64,000 nucleotides of DNA from Squalus acanthias (taxonomy: Eukaryota). Below are positions 39,828 to 52,349 of the stretch, piece after piece. The notes under the pieces were generated by a model. That model saw only the letters and a list, made by a program, of their open reading frames with translations, searched no databases and was not told the DNA's origin. How positions within the stretch are numbered: the first letter of the stretch is position 1; each line of letters begins with the position of its first letter. A program made the translations under genes and the position numbers. Location: the NCBI GenBank assembly GCA_030390025.1, contig CM059432.1, forward strand, positions 25,980,001 through 26,044,000, written 5' to 3'.

Positions 39828-40769
39828 CTGTAGGGGGGAGAGAAATAAGGTTATAATTTAACTGTGTGGTTCAGGTAACATCAAACTGCAACAATGACAC
39901 TAAAATGGCTATGGACATCATCTGAATTTGGCTTTAAGCCTTTTATAAAAACAGATTGTGATGGTGTTTCAAAGCACTGAAAATAATGCTAATCATTAAA
40001 AACAGAATTGAAACTGTATTTAATACAGCAGTGCCAAAATTGAAGTACAATGGTGTATAAATTAATAGAACACTGCAGTTTCAGCAATGATTCACCAGGA
40101 TGAAGGGACTTAGCGATGGTGAAATCCTGAGTAAATGTGGGTTGTATTCCCTGGTGATGAGGAGATCAAGGGACGATCTAACTGAGGTGTTTAAAATAAT
40201 GAAGGGAATTGATACGGAATGACTCTTCCCTCTAATAGGAGATGCTGAACAAGGTGATATAATCTTAGATTTACATTGAGGCAGTTAAATATGATTCAGG
40301 GAGAACGCCTAACAGCCCCAGAAGCCCATAGATGCAGAATCAATAGAGGCTTACAAAGGGAGATAGATATTTACTTTGGAAGTAAGGGTATTAAGGAATA
40401 TATGGAGAGAGAAGGGATTTAGGATTAAAAAGATTGAATTGCATTGCTAATAAAATGGTGTAGCAGATTCGATAAGCTTACTCCTGTTCCTGTACAGTTC
40501 TAAAACAGAATTCGAAGGTTAAGAGCTATTATAAAGCCCTGTATTACAGTTCACTTAAATGATTGTGCCCAGCATTGCAAGTACTTTACCAAGTTTGTAT
40601 GAAAATAAATGCCCAAATGAGGTAGGTACAGGGTATTGCAAGAGCTGGAGTTCAGCACTGGTCCCCTCGATTAAGTACAATTATGAGCCTTATAGCTTAT
40701 TTTCAGAACTTAAGATGCTAGATATTCAGTCAGCATTTGAAAAGATAAAAGAACAACTTTCATTTATAT

Positions 40770-41060
40770 AACATCTTGCACATCCTCAAGATGTGCCAAA
40801 GCACTTCGCAACCAAGGGGAATGGTCACCAGGACACCAACAGAGCTCTCTGCTCTCCTTCAAATAGTGCCATGGGATCTTTTACATTCACCTGAACAGGC
40901 AGACAGGGCCTCGGTTTAAAATCTTATCTGACATACAGCACTCCTGAAAATACCACATTGCCTCAGTACTGCAATGAAATATCAGTCTAGTTTAAGTGCT
41001 CAAGTCCTGAAACGGGGCTTGAGCCCACAACCTTCTCACTCAGTGCTACCACTGAGCCCA
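40770..41060 (-). mobile_element. degenerate Deu-SINE
   Basis: aaatagtgccatgggatcttttac..cagacagggcctcggttta matches the 20893 copy. Confidence 0.7.
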
Positions 41061-42154
41061 ACTAATATACTTCATACATTTCACATGCAGATCCTGTATT
41101 AGAACCTACATATAAATTGTTACCCTGTATTTTCTCTTCTCAGATGCTGATGGAACTACTGCGTATTTATGGTGTTTTCTGTTTTTGTTCCAAATTTCCA
41201 GTTTTTTATTTTTTATTTTTATAGTTTATTTCCCCCTTCCTCTAGGAAGGGCCTGTCCTCAACTGGCACTTGTCCAGGATAGCACATTTTAAAATAAGAG
41301 GCTCACTATGGTAAATCCCAGGCATAGACCATCTCTCTGTGGTGCAGGGTGTTGGAGCATTGCCAATAGAGAATCATGATTACAGCCCTTGATTAAAAAG
41401 TTAGGCAATAATCATACTATACAAGATACTATAGAATGGCCAAACTCCTCATTCATGGAAGAATAATCCTCTGGATGGTGTACACTGACCTGAAAATATT
41501 GTTAATTTTAATTTCATCCCCATCTTAACTCTCACAAAGATAATACTTTAATCATCACCAGTCTTGTGATTCAAAAAGGATTACCAAACATGACATTTTA
41601 ATTTTGTGGACCCAGGTCTGCTGAGAACTGATTTGAGAGCAAGACTGACTTGTTTTACTACATTACAGCATTTCTACATTAATAACAGTGAAAACTATTC
41701 AAATAACTGAAATACATGGTCCAGCTACTTACATAACTCTAATATTCAGGATTCAGACATTTACAGATAAATCATTCAATTATTTTACAAACAACATATT
41801 TAGATGGTACTGAGCCATAAGGACCAGAAAGATCTCAGGTTCTAATTTGTGCTAGGTTAGTTGATCTCAACCAGAAATGACATTACAATCATCCTCAATG
41901 TTGCTGGGCTGGGATGGAGAAAAATATTAGGTCAGTTTCCACTCAACACTATCAAATGATTCCCGTTGGAAGGTGTATGTGTGTATACGGACATTGGGTA
42001 GTGACACGATTCAGATCGGCTATGATGCCCCCTTCCACAGTAAAATGTATGGAACGCTGTGAAATTGACAGATGAGCCTCAGTTGTTGTGGATGGGCATT
42101 CACTGTCTACATTCAAATATGAAGAATGGTTCCTTGCATGAGGTACCAAGAACA

Positions 42155-42585
42155 GTAGCATAGTGGTTATGTTGTTGGACTAGTAATCCAGAGGCCTGGA
42201 CTAATGATCCGGAGACGACGGCAGCTGGGAAATTTAAGTTGAGTTAATTAAATAAGTCTGGAATATAATAGTATCAGTAATGGTGAACATGAAACTACTG
42301 GATTGTTGTAAAAACCCATCTGGTTCTGTCCTTTAGGGAAGGAAATCTGCCATCCTTGTCTGGTCTGGCCTGCATGTGACTCCAGACCCACAGCAATGTG
42401 GCTGACTCTTAACTGCCCTCTGAAATGGCCTAGCAAGCCAGTCAGTTGTACCAAACTGCTACAACAAAGTCACTGTGGGAGTATCTTCACCACAAGGACC
42501 CCACCACCTTCTCAAGAGCAATTGGGGATGGGCAATAAATGCCAGCCTTGCCAGCAGCGCCCACATCCCGTGAATGAATTTTTTT
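42155..42585 (+). mobile_element. tRNA-derived SINE with the tail of the second CR1-like family
   Basis: Head gtagcatagtggttatg; body ggaaggaaatctgcc..gactccagacccacagcaatgtgg; tail gggcaataaatgccagccttgccagc..cccacatccc. Confidence 0.78.
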
Positions 42586-42995
42586 AAATGGCTTTGTATA
42601 TATCCATGCAACTGTACACTAGCATGAGTCAATGTCTTCAAGAGAGAAGGGAAGGAGCAATGAAAAAAATCTGTGTTCTAGACAATTGCTGTGTTGAACA
42701 GTTTGATGGGCATTCAGTACTCAAAGGGTCAACACCTGTAATTATGTGAGCATTCAGAAGTGAAGACCGCTGTAAACACCTACCATAATGCCCAATTCCA
42801 GGACCACTGTTTTTATTCCCATTTGGCCAGAGATGTTAGAAAAAGATCCTGTAAGTGGAGGGAAAAAATTGTGAACATAAATATATTACGAGCACAATTA
42901 AAAACCAGAATGAAATAATAACTCTTAGAAAACAGACAAGCCTTATAAAAACACTACCATGCAATGCTAGAAAAAAAGACATTGTTTAGAGTGAA

Positions 42996-43001
42996 TTTAT
43001 T
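42996..43001 (-). terminator. probable main polyadenylation signal
   Basis: AATAAA followed ~18 nt later by a U-run and a GU-rich stretch (tttttttctagc..ggtagtgttttt). Confidence 0.6.
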
Positions 43002-44256
43002 CTGATTCAAAATCAAACATTTGAGACTAACTATGACAACATTATAGACAAAGGTTATGTGGTTTTTACACTTTGTTTAACAGGATAGAATTTAAGAGAT
43101 CAGTTACTGCTTAGTTTGCAGTTATATAGTTTAGTCTCTACACAATTACAAGATCGATTTATAATTGTTAGGAGTTTAGAAGTACTTGAACCTTTTCTAT
43201 AGTAATTTTTTTTACTCTAACAACTTTACAACCTTGCTTTTAGCGTTTACTGGTTTTAAATGTTAAAGGTAAATTAAGTGATATTAAAATCTACTTGATT
43301 CATTTACCTTTGGAACTGAAGACCTTTTAAGGGTTACACATCCACTGCCTCTGACGAATGCCACATTAGTCAAGTCTGTTTGCCTCTAAAAAGCTTTAAT
43401 TGCTTCCAGCGGAGGATTCATTTAGGTAATTCTCATAAAAATTCCAAAGTGCACTAGTGAAAAAATGCTTAGACAAGATGAAATGCTGATCACATTCTTC
43501 ATATATTCACTGCTCAGTAGTGTATTTTCAAAGGGCAACAATATGGACTTTTTTGTTTTTTAAAACATCATTCAGGTATCGACCTCTTAAGACAAACTGA
43601 TTTTTTTTAAAAGAAAATTTTAAAAAGACAAAAGTATGCTTTCCCTGTTTAAAAGATTTTTGTGGATTTATTATTTGGCGTTATAAGAAAATGTATCAAA
43701 GTTACTGATATGTCACACACAGCAAGTTTGTTTTTTTTCTCAAAACTTTATTTGTATCAAGCAAGAATAGTCAATGTCTTTGATCTCAACACTACAGAAT
43801 ATCTGGAGACTTCAGTTACAAAAGAATACAACTTTACTTGGCATTTGGAGTTTACTGTGGTTTAAGTAAAAGTTTACAAGGGATAAAGCTCTAACACAAG
43901 CTAAAATTAAAGTTCAAACCAAAACTTAAAACTAGCTTTTAACAAAAACTGAAAGCAAAACAAAAAAAACATTGATGTTAACTGAATTTGTGTTTACATT
44001 TTAAGTGATCTACATTATCAAACCTAGTTTGGTAATAGATTTTTAAAGTCTAGTTAAACTTAAAAACCGTGTTAATCCTGTTTACTCGTTTCCAACAGAG
44101 CACATAACAAGATCAAGTCTTTCTTCCCACCCACCTCCTTCCAGAGATCAAATAATCTCTCCATCTAAGATTACGGACTTCATACAAGAGTTCAGAACTG
44201 GTTAAACAGATCTGTTGTATTTAAGAAAGAAAAAAAATCTTTTTTATAAAATAACC

Positions 44257-44265
44257 AATTACTTT
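44257..44265 (-). promoter_or_regulatory. candidate 5' splice site in the 3'UTR (AAA|GTAATT)
   Basis: GT at 44262-44261, 68 nt after the stop codon; use is inferred from mammalian SLM biology, not shown here. Confidence 0.4.
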
Positions 44266-44330
44266 TAACATCGTACATCACTGCAGAAACAGCTAACTGA
44301 TGATTGTATTTCACAGAGTAGATGGTGGGA

Positions 44331-44431
44331 TCAGTATCGTGGTGCGTAGGGGTGCTCCCTGTATGCTCCTTTAGGTGCTCTTGTTGGAGGAGCTTTCATC
44401 CGTGAGTTGGAGTTCGTCCACTCTTCCTGAC
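44331..44431 (-). CDS. KHDRBS3: terminal coding exon of a KH-domain STAR RNA-binding protein (SLM2/T-STAR)
   Basis: Phase-1 acceptor ..ttgtttttctgtaataactacaatAG|GT; translates (G)QEEWTNSNSRMKAPPTRAPKGAYREHPYAPRY*. This matches the KHDRBS C-terminus; GQEEWTNS is KHDRBS3-like while KGAYREHPY is Sam68-like, so the paralog call is less certain than the family call. Confidence 0.88.
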
Positions 44432-45019
44432 CTATTGTAGTTATTACAGAAAAACAATCTGCATTAGAGCAGTGAAGAAACCCACAATAATACTCACTGG
44501 AAGTTCAGATGGTAAACTAGAGCTTTAAAATCGTACTCTTGTATGAGAGACCAACATTCGTACATCAGAATTTTTTTTTAAATGGTTAATTGTCTTTGAA
44601 AAACTGCATCACGATCAAAAATGGAATTCTCCAGGTATCTGTTTTAATTTTCTACAACAATGTTTGTAATTTCTGGTTTTCAAATCGGCTTTTTCATCAC
44701 GAAAGTTAAACAATTGTGAATGATGCTTTATCATATTTATTATGGCAAGTACGTAGGCAGTCAGGTGCTAAGTTAAAGTCATGTGCATTTTTCATTTAGC
44801 TTGTTTTTATAACATTTTAGCCTGATGAAACTTTCTGATCTACAGTAGGTCTGATGAAGGTGTGGTAAGATGTGGGATTTTTGCATTTGATGTCATGCAG
44901 TTTTGTAATAACAAGAGTTGAGATGGAACTAGACTTCAGGGAAGAGGTCTGGAGACAACTTGGTTGTGGGACCAAACCAAGTTGTTTGATCTATAAATTA
45001 GTCAAATTACAGTGACTCT

Positions 45020-48000
45020 GTTCAAAGAGCGGCGAGAGGAGCGGGATCAGCGGCGCTGTAAAGAGCGCGAGAGGAGAGGAGTGGGAGCAGCAGTGCTGTA
45101 AAGAGCGTGAGAGGAAGTGGAGGCAGTGGGCCTGGGTGAGACCAGAGCGGGAGAAGAGCGAAAGAGGCAGCGGCTCAACAGAGGCAGAATCCGAAAGAGT
45201 GATGTCAGAGTAGAAAAAGTGACGTTGGCACAAGGGAAGGAGCTGATTGGTGAGTAGCTGGTGAGTGGTTTTTTTTTAAGTTTTAAGTTTATTTCTGCTT
45301 AGTTAGTTCTCAGTCTATTAAATAAAGGCATGGCAGGGCAGCTCAGTCCCGTGGAGTGCACATCCTGTGCCATGTGGGATGTCCTGGACGCTTCGCGTAG
45401 CCTGGAGGACCACATGTGCAGGAAGTGTCACCAGCTACGGCAGCTCGAGATCTGTGTTACGGAGCTTGAGCGGCAGCGGCGTCACTGCGGTGCATCCGCG
45501 AGGCTGAGGGTTACGTGGATAGCACATGTCTGGAGGTGGTCACCCCGCAGCTTAAGAGTATGCAGGCAGAGAGGGAATGGGTGACTGCCAGATAGAAGAG
45601 GAGGACCAGGCAGGTAGTGCAGGAGTCCCCAGAGTGCATCTCGCTCTCCAACCAGTATTCTGTTCTGCGTACTGGTGGGGGCGATGGGTCCGCTGGGGAG
45701 TGCAGCCAGAGACAAGTCCAAGGCACCACTGGTGGTTCAGCTGCACAGCAGTGGTGGGGGGGGGAGGAAAAAGAGTGGAAGAGCAATAGTGATAGAGGAT
45801 TCTATAGTTAGGGAAGCAGACAGGCGTTTCTGCGGCCGCAGACGTGACTCCAGGATGGTATGGTGCCTCACTGGTGCCAGAGTCAAGGATGTCACTGAGC
45901 AGCTGCAGGACACTCTGAAGGGGGAGGGTGAACAGCCAGAGGTCGTTGTCCAAATCGGTACCAATGATATAGGCAGAAAGAGGGATGAGGTCCTGCAGGC
46001 AGAGTTTAGGGAGCCACGTGCTAGTGAGTACAGGAATAGGAGGCTAGAACAGATGAATGTGTGGCTGGAGAGATGGTGCAGGAGGGAGGATTTTAGATTC
46101 CTGAGGCATTGGGACCGTTTCTGGGGAAGGTGGGACCTGTACAAGCCGGTCGGGTTACACCTCAACAGAGCCGGGACCAATATTCTCGCGGGGAGGTTTG
46201 CTAGTGTTGTTGGGGAGGGTTTAAACCAGCTTGGCAGGGGGATGGGCACCAGCATATAGGAGTAGAAAAGAGGAATAAGGTGCATGAAAGAGTGAGTGTG
46301 TTGCATAGTACTAGAGAAGAAAGTAGTACTAGAGGTGGAAGTAGCATCATATTAGATTGGAGCAGACTAAGAAAGACTACGAAAAATTCAAAAATGGGTT
46401 TCGAATACATGTGCGTAAACACACAAAGTGTGGTGAATAAGGTTGGTGAGCTACAAGCACAATTAGCCATGTGGCAATATGATGTTGTGACAATAACGGA
46501 AACGTGGCTTAAAAACGGTGAGGACTGGACACTTAATATTCAAGGGTACAAGGTGTTCAGAAAAGATAGAGAAGGAAAAAGAGGTGGGGTGGCAGTGCTG
46601 ATTAAGGAAGACACTGGAGTGTTGGAAAGGGAGGATGTTCTTGAGGGGACAAGGACAGAATCCATTTGGTTAAAGTTGAGGAGCAAAAAGGGTATGATCA
46701 CACTATTGAGGGTATTCTATAGGCCTCCAAATAGTGAGAGGGAGGTAGAGGAGCAAATCTGAAGGGAAATCGCAGAGATATGCAAGAGCTATAGTGTGGT
46801 GATATTGGGGGACTTTAATTACCCGAATATCGATTGGGATAATGCTAGGGTAAAGGGAAAGGAGGGGGAGGAATTTCTGAAATGTGTTCAGGATAATTTC
46901 CTTGACCAGTATGCTCTTGGCCCAACTAGGAAGGAGGCATTGCTGGATCTGGTGCTGGGGAATGAGGTGGGCCAGGTCGACCAAGTGTCTGTGGGAGAAC
47001 ACTTGGGTACGAGTGATCATCGTATCATAAGATTTAGATTAGCAATGGAGAGGAGCAAGGATCAATCTAGAGTGGAACTTCTAAACTGGAATAGGGCTAA
47101 CTTCAATGGGATGCAAAAGGATCTAGCCAGGGTAAAATGGAACCAAAGACTGACAGGAAAAACTGTAATGGAACAATGGGTGATCTTTAAGGAGGAGATG
47201 TTCCAAGTACAGGCTCGGTGCATTCCAACAAGAGGGAAGGGTAAGGGAACCAAAGCAAGGGCTCCTTGGATGACGAGGGAGATAGAGAAGATGATGAAAC
47301 AAAAAAAGAGGGTATATGATGCATGTCAGGAGAATTCTTTGTGGGAGAACCCTTTGTGGGAGAACCAGACCAAATACAGTAAGTTGAGAGGGGAAGTGAA
47401 AATGAAAATAAGATTGGCAAAGAGAGAATATGAGAGTAGAATGGTGGTTAACATAAAAGGGAACCCAAAAATCTTCTACCGGCATGTAAACAGTAAGCGG
47501 GTAGTAAGAGGTGGGGTGGGGCCTATTAGGGACAAATAAGGTTATATATGCTTAGAAGCGCAGGGCAAGGCTATAATACTCAATGAGTACTTTGTATCGG
47601 TGTTTACTAATGAGGTGGATGCTGACAAAATATCGGTAGCAGTGGAAAGGGTAGAAGCAATGGAAAGGGTGAAAATTGATAGACAGGATGTACTAGAAAG
47701 GCTGGGTATGCTTAGAGTGGATAAGTCGCCGGGTCCAGATGGCTTGCATCCCAGGTTGCTAAGGGAATTGGGGGAGGTGATAGCGGAAGGGCTTGCTATA
47801 ATTTTCCAATCTCCCCTCGATGCGGGGGAGGTGCCTGAGGATTGTAAAGAGGCAAATGTGACACCATTGTCCAAGAAAGGGTGTAAGGACACTCCTAGTA
47901 ACTACAGGCCGGTCAGTTTAACATCAATGGTGGGTAAAGTTTTAGAAACAACAATCAAGGAAAAAATGAATGGGTACTTGGAGAGGATTGAGCTAATTAA

Positions 48001-49178
48001 GGAGAGTCAACACGGAGTTGTAAAATGCGGATCATGTTTGACTAATCTAATTGAATATTTTGATGAAGTAACAGGGAGGATCGGTGAAGGGAATGCAATG
48101 GATGTTGTCTACATGGATTTTAGGAAGGTGTTTGACAAAGTACCACATAGAAGGCTGGTTAACAAAATTGAGGCTCATGGAATAGGTGGGTCAGTAGCAG
48201 CTTGGATAAGGAATTGGCTTAATGACAGAAAACAGTGAGTTGTAGTAAATGGCTGTTTTTCTAAATTTGCTAATGACACCAAACTTGGGTGTGCGGCAAA
48301 CAGTGATGATTATACCAATCGGCTGCAACAGGACATAGAAAGGCTAGCAGAATGGGCAGACAAGTGTCAGATGGAATTTAATACAGAGAAATGTGAGGTG
48401 ATGCATTTTGGCAGAAGAACAGGGAGAGGCAATATACACTTAATGGCACAGTTTTAAAGAGTGTGCAGGGACAGAGGGACCTGGGAGTTAATGTGCATAG
48501 ATCCCTGAAGGTGGCAGGACATACTGAGAGTGTTTTGCAAAGCATAAGGGATCTTGGGTTTCATAAATAGAGGTATTGAGTACAAACATAGAGATGTTAT
48601 GCTGAATCTTTATAAAGCGCTGGTTAGGCCACAACTGGAGTATTGCGTCCAGTTCTGGTCACCAAGGATGTGAAGGCCCTTGAGAGGGTGCAGAGGAGAT
48701 TTACCAGAATTGTTCCGGGGATGGGGGATCTTAGCTACAAGGACAGGTTGGAGAAGCTGGATTTGTTTTCATTCGAGCAAAGGAGGTTGAGGGGTGATTT
48801 GATAGAGGTGTACAAGATTATGACGGGTTTGGTTAGGCTAGGCGGGGAAAGGCTGTTCCCACTAGTTGATGGTACAAGGACTAGGGGGACACAGATTTAA
48901 GGTTTTGGGCAAGAGATACAGGGGGGATGTGAGGAAAAACTTTTTTACGCAGCGATTGTTGAGGACCTGGAACTCGCTGCCAATGGAAGTAGTGGAAGCG
49001 GACACACTCAATGTTTTGAAGGGGAGACTGGATAGACACTTGAGGGAAATAAACTTGCAGGGCTACGGGGATAGAGCGGGGGAATGGGACTGACTTGATT
49101 ACTCTGCAGAGAGCCGGCACGGACTCGATGGGCCGAATGGCCTCCTTCTGTGCCATTATGACTCTATGACTATGACTC
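45020..49178 (+). mobile_element. near full-length CR1 LINE (5'UTR, ORF1 zinc finger + SGNH esterase, ORF2 EN+RT), inactivated
   Basis: ORF1 CTSC..CRKC with leucine zipper, IVIEDS/IGTND/GLHLN esterase blocks; ORF2 ITETWL, GDFN, NYRPVSLTS; stops, frameshifts and a deletion near 48260; tail tatgactctatgactatgact. Confidence 0.95.
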
Positions 49179-49544
49179 CGAATCAAACTGTATGTAGTTA
49201 AATCATGAGCTGAAAAGGTGGGAATACCTACTTAAGGTAAGTCATTTTTTGCACCGTATGCTTCATTGTGTCCTTGATTTTAATGACATTGGCAGTTCTC
49301 TCTTCAGAAGCCTTTGGCGTGGGATGCATCAGAGATTGTATTTTCGAATTTGACACAGGAATTGCGTCACTCACGTTTGACATTGTATTGGAAAGTCTGC
49401 AAAACTGTTTCATTCAAAAGTGTTCTAAAGAGGATATTTTAAACCCCTCATTGACTGAGTCTATATTGTTGTTTAGTATTTGTAGTTTCAGTAACTTGCT
49501 GTGTATTATTGTTTCTGTGTATTATCTTATAAATAAACCTATTG

Positions 49545-49785
49545 GGAATGTAGGAATAGAAGTAGGCCATTCTGCCCCTTGAGCCTGTACCGCCATTCAA
49601 TTAGATCATGGCTGATCTTAACTTTTTTTTTTACCCGTCTTGGTTCCATATCCCTTGATACCCTTGCCTAACAAAACTCTATCAATCTCAGTTTTGAAAT
49701 TTTCAATTGATTTAGCCTCAACAGAGTTACAGATTTCTACTACCCTATGTGTGAAGAAGTGCTTCCTGACTTCACCCCTGATAGT
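49545..49785 (-). mobile_element. CR1 3' fragment
   Basis: Reverse-complement CR1 tail and 3'UTR (aggccattctgccccttgagcctg..gatcatggctgatc). Confidence 0.75.
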
Positions 49786-50205
49786 GTTGTATTTTAAAGA
49801 ACACAGAACATAGTGAGAATCCCATAAAATCGCGTTATATCATTCAGCGGTAACTGTTGGTTCTGTAGCACAGTAACTCACTCATGTGCATGAAGGTACG
49901 GAATTCACTTTTGTGAGAGTTGGTCTTCTTAACTAACTGTTTCTTTGCCATGAGCACAAAACAAAAGTGCTGGGTGAAAGCCTGAACCTTAACAGAAGGG
50001 TCCCAAAATATTAACTTGGCTTTGCCCTTCAGTTCCATGCTGAGTTTATATCTCCAGAATTTTCTGTTTTTAATTTTAATGTGCTAATATTAATATCATC
50101 AAACCTTCATGATAACCTCACAAATTTACAAAGCAGTTCCTCTCCAGAATTGAATTTTGAGTTATACAGAAAAACTTAATGGAGCTTCGTTAGGCATCAG
50201 ACAAC

Positions 50206-50856
50206 GGAGTAGAGTTTTCACATTGGGCGCAAACAGCAATCTGGGCACAAAAAGTGCTCAAAATTGCGCTTGTTTTCCGAAGTGAAGTTATGGTTCAAAT
50301 CATTTGCACAAACATATAATCTTCCATGAAGCAGCGCAATCGGGGAGCGTTTTAGAACGTAATTGTTTATTTTTTTCTCCTTTGTATTAAAAAATATTCA
50401 TTGATGTATTTAAGGCTGGTAACCTGGTGCAGTTTTATTAATACAGCTAAAAATGGATTTATCACAAACAATAAACATTTTTAAGAGTGTCTAGTCCATC
50501 ACCTGTGAGTAACCCAATTTTAAATAAATGAAACTGACTTTAAAAAACTATACAGAACCATTTATTAGTTTCATTGGTGTACACTAGTCAGTTTCTTAGT
50601 ATGTTTAAAAAGGTGCCCTTGCACCTAAAAAAAAAGCTTAATTTTAAAACCCTCCTCGAAGGCCGCAAATGAATGCAATTGGCAGAATTTGCCATGCTGA
50701 TTAATTCGATCTGGGGGTGTGGCCGGCTTCCAGCACAATGGTTTTTTATACCAGTGCAAAAGATCGATTTGCGTTGGACATAACTTATGCTTGTAATTCC
50801 TCGACCTTTTGCGCTGGTTTGGCTGATTTCAGGTGAACTGCGGGAAACTCTACCCC
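50206..50856. mobile_element. Harbinger-type MITE with AT-rich centre
   Basis: TIR ggagtagagtttt/gaaactctacccc; flanks AAC/AAT. Confidence 0.6.
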
Positions 50857-51899
50857 AATGTCTGTTACAAGTCAAATCTTGTAACATAGAACTTTATTTT
50901 TAAGTCACATTTAAAACTTGGTTAAGATAAAGGAGAGTAATTTAGAGCTGTAGAGGGTGAAGTTTTGAAAATGGGAACTACTTTTCTAGTTCCTGTAAAC
51001 CGTGAAACAAAGATTTGTTTTACTGTCTTAACAATTTGCCTACATATTCATTCATGACCAGCTCCAGATCAGATATGAGGAGAATACAGTTAAACTGTTT
51101 TCAACCTCTTGGTTTTCCAGTGTTCACTAACTAGACGTTTAATCTGCTACTTTTTAAAGAGTGGGTTGCTGATATTTTCTTCTGTATGTTTACAAACTGG
51201 TCTAATGCTACCAGCACTGCAGTATAGACTGCTATTGTTCTTTAGTGGGCTGAAATTTCTCTCAATGAAAAATGGGAGAATACGTGTTTTCTCTGTAATT
51301 AATGATGCATGGGAATGTGCTGTTTTGAAATGTACAATTTCCAAATATGATTGTTAGTGAGTTGTTAATAATGGAGAAACACTGACATTCTTTTCATGTT
51401 CCTGTTATGACTTTTTCCACCTGCAATCCTGGTTTTAAACATGTGATGATACCCAAGTGCACTAAAAGTACATCTTACATCTTCTATGTACTTAACTGTT
51501 TCTGAACTCATTAATGCAAACTGATATCTTTCAAAGACAGGGTCAGAAACTGACAGGAGATCTTGAAGATTATGGATGTTAAGTAAGTCATTATCAAGTT
51601 GATTTGTTAGTCGTACACCATGTTTACAAGCAAGCCTCAGTAGGCATCAGCTGTAACACCACATACTGTTCAAACAGGTAGAGATTTGGTACACAAATTA
51701 AAAACAAAAACACTGAAAAATCTGAAATAAAATGCACTTCTCAGAGTAAAAATAGGTTAAAAGGGTTGCAACCTGCAGAGTCTCTCGTCATGTATATAAA
51801 TATTTTTTCCAAAAAGAGAAAAAAAGTACAAGTAACAAGAAAAGTTTAAGTATTACAATATACAATTATTATAGTGTAATAATATAATTTTAACTACAT

Positions 51900-52349
51900 T
51901 GTGGCTCAGTTGGTAGCACTCTCGCCTCTGAGTCAGAAGGTTATGGGTTCAAATCCCAATCTAGAGACTTGAGCACATAATCTAGGCTGACACTCCAGTG
52001 CAGTACTAATAATTGTGCTGCACTGTCAGAAGTGCCGTCTTTCGGATGAGACGTTAAACCGAGGCCCCGTCTGCCCTCTCAGGTGGATGAAAGATCCCAT
52101 GGCACTATTCGAAGAGGAGCGGGAGGTCTCCCCGGTCTCCTGGCCAACATTTATTCAATCACTAAAACAGATTATCTGGTCATTATTAAGTTGCTGTTTG
52201 TGGGAGCTTGCTGTGCAGAAATTGGCTGCTGCGTTTCCTAAATTATAACAGTGATTACACTTCAAAAGTACGGTTTTGGCTGTAAAGTACTTTGAGATGT
52301 CCTGGGGTTGTGAAAGGTGCTATATAATTGCAAGTCTTTCTTTTTTCTT
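51900..52349 (+). mobile_element. Deu-SINE
   Basis: Colinear with 15746-16202. Confidence 0.88.

Larger units (their letters stand above)
42980..44330 (-). other. KHDRBS3: 3'UTR of the KHDRBS gene (AU-rich, repeat-free)
   Basis: Follows the TGA at 44333-44331; no recognisable repeats over ~1.35 kb; AATAAA at 43752-43747, 43672-43667 and 43001-42996. Confidence 0.7.

Noticed and set aside
44821..44860. Two CTGATGA motifs suggesting a C/D snoRNA or hammerhead
   Set aside because: Antisense to the host intron, with no terminal stem and no stem II/GAAA arrangement.
49228..49396. Possible poison cassette exon in the last intron (ttttgcAG..TAG|GTATTC) and 61-aa ORF
   Set aside because: Weak pyrimidine tract and donor, no recognisable homology; in phase 1 it stops after 8 codons. 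Unsupported without transcripts.
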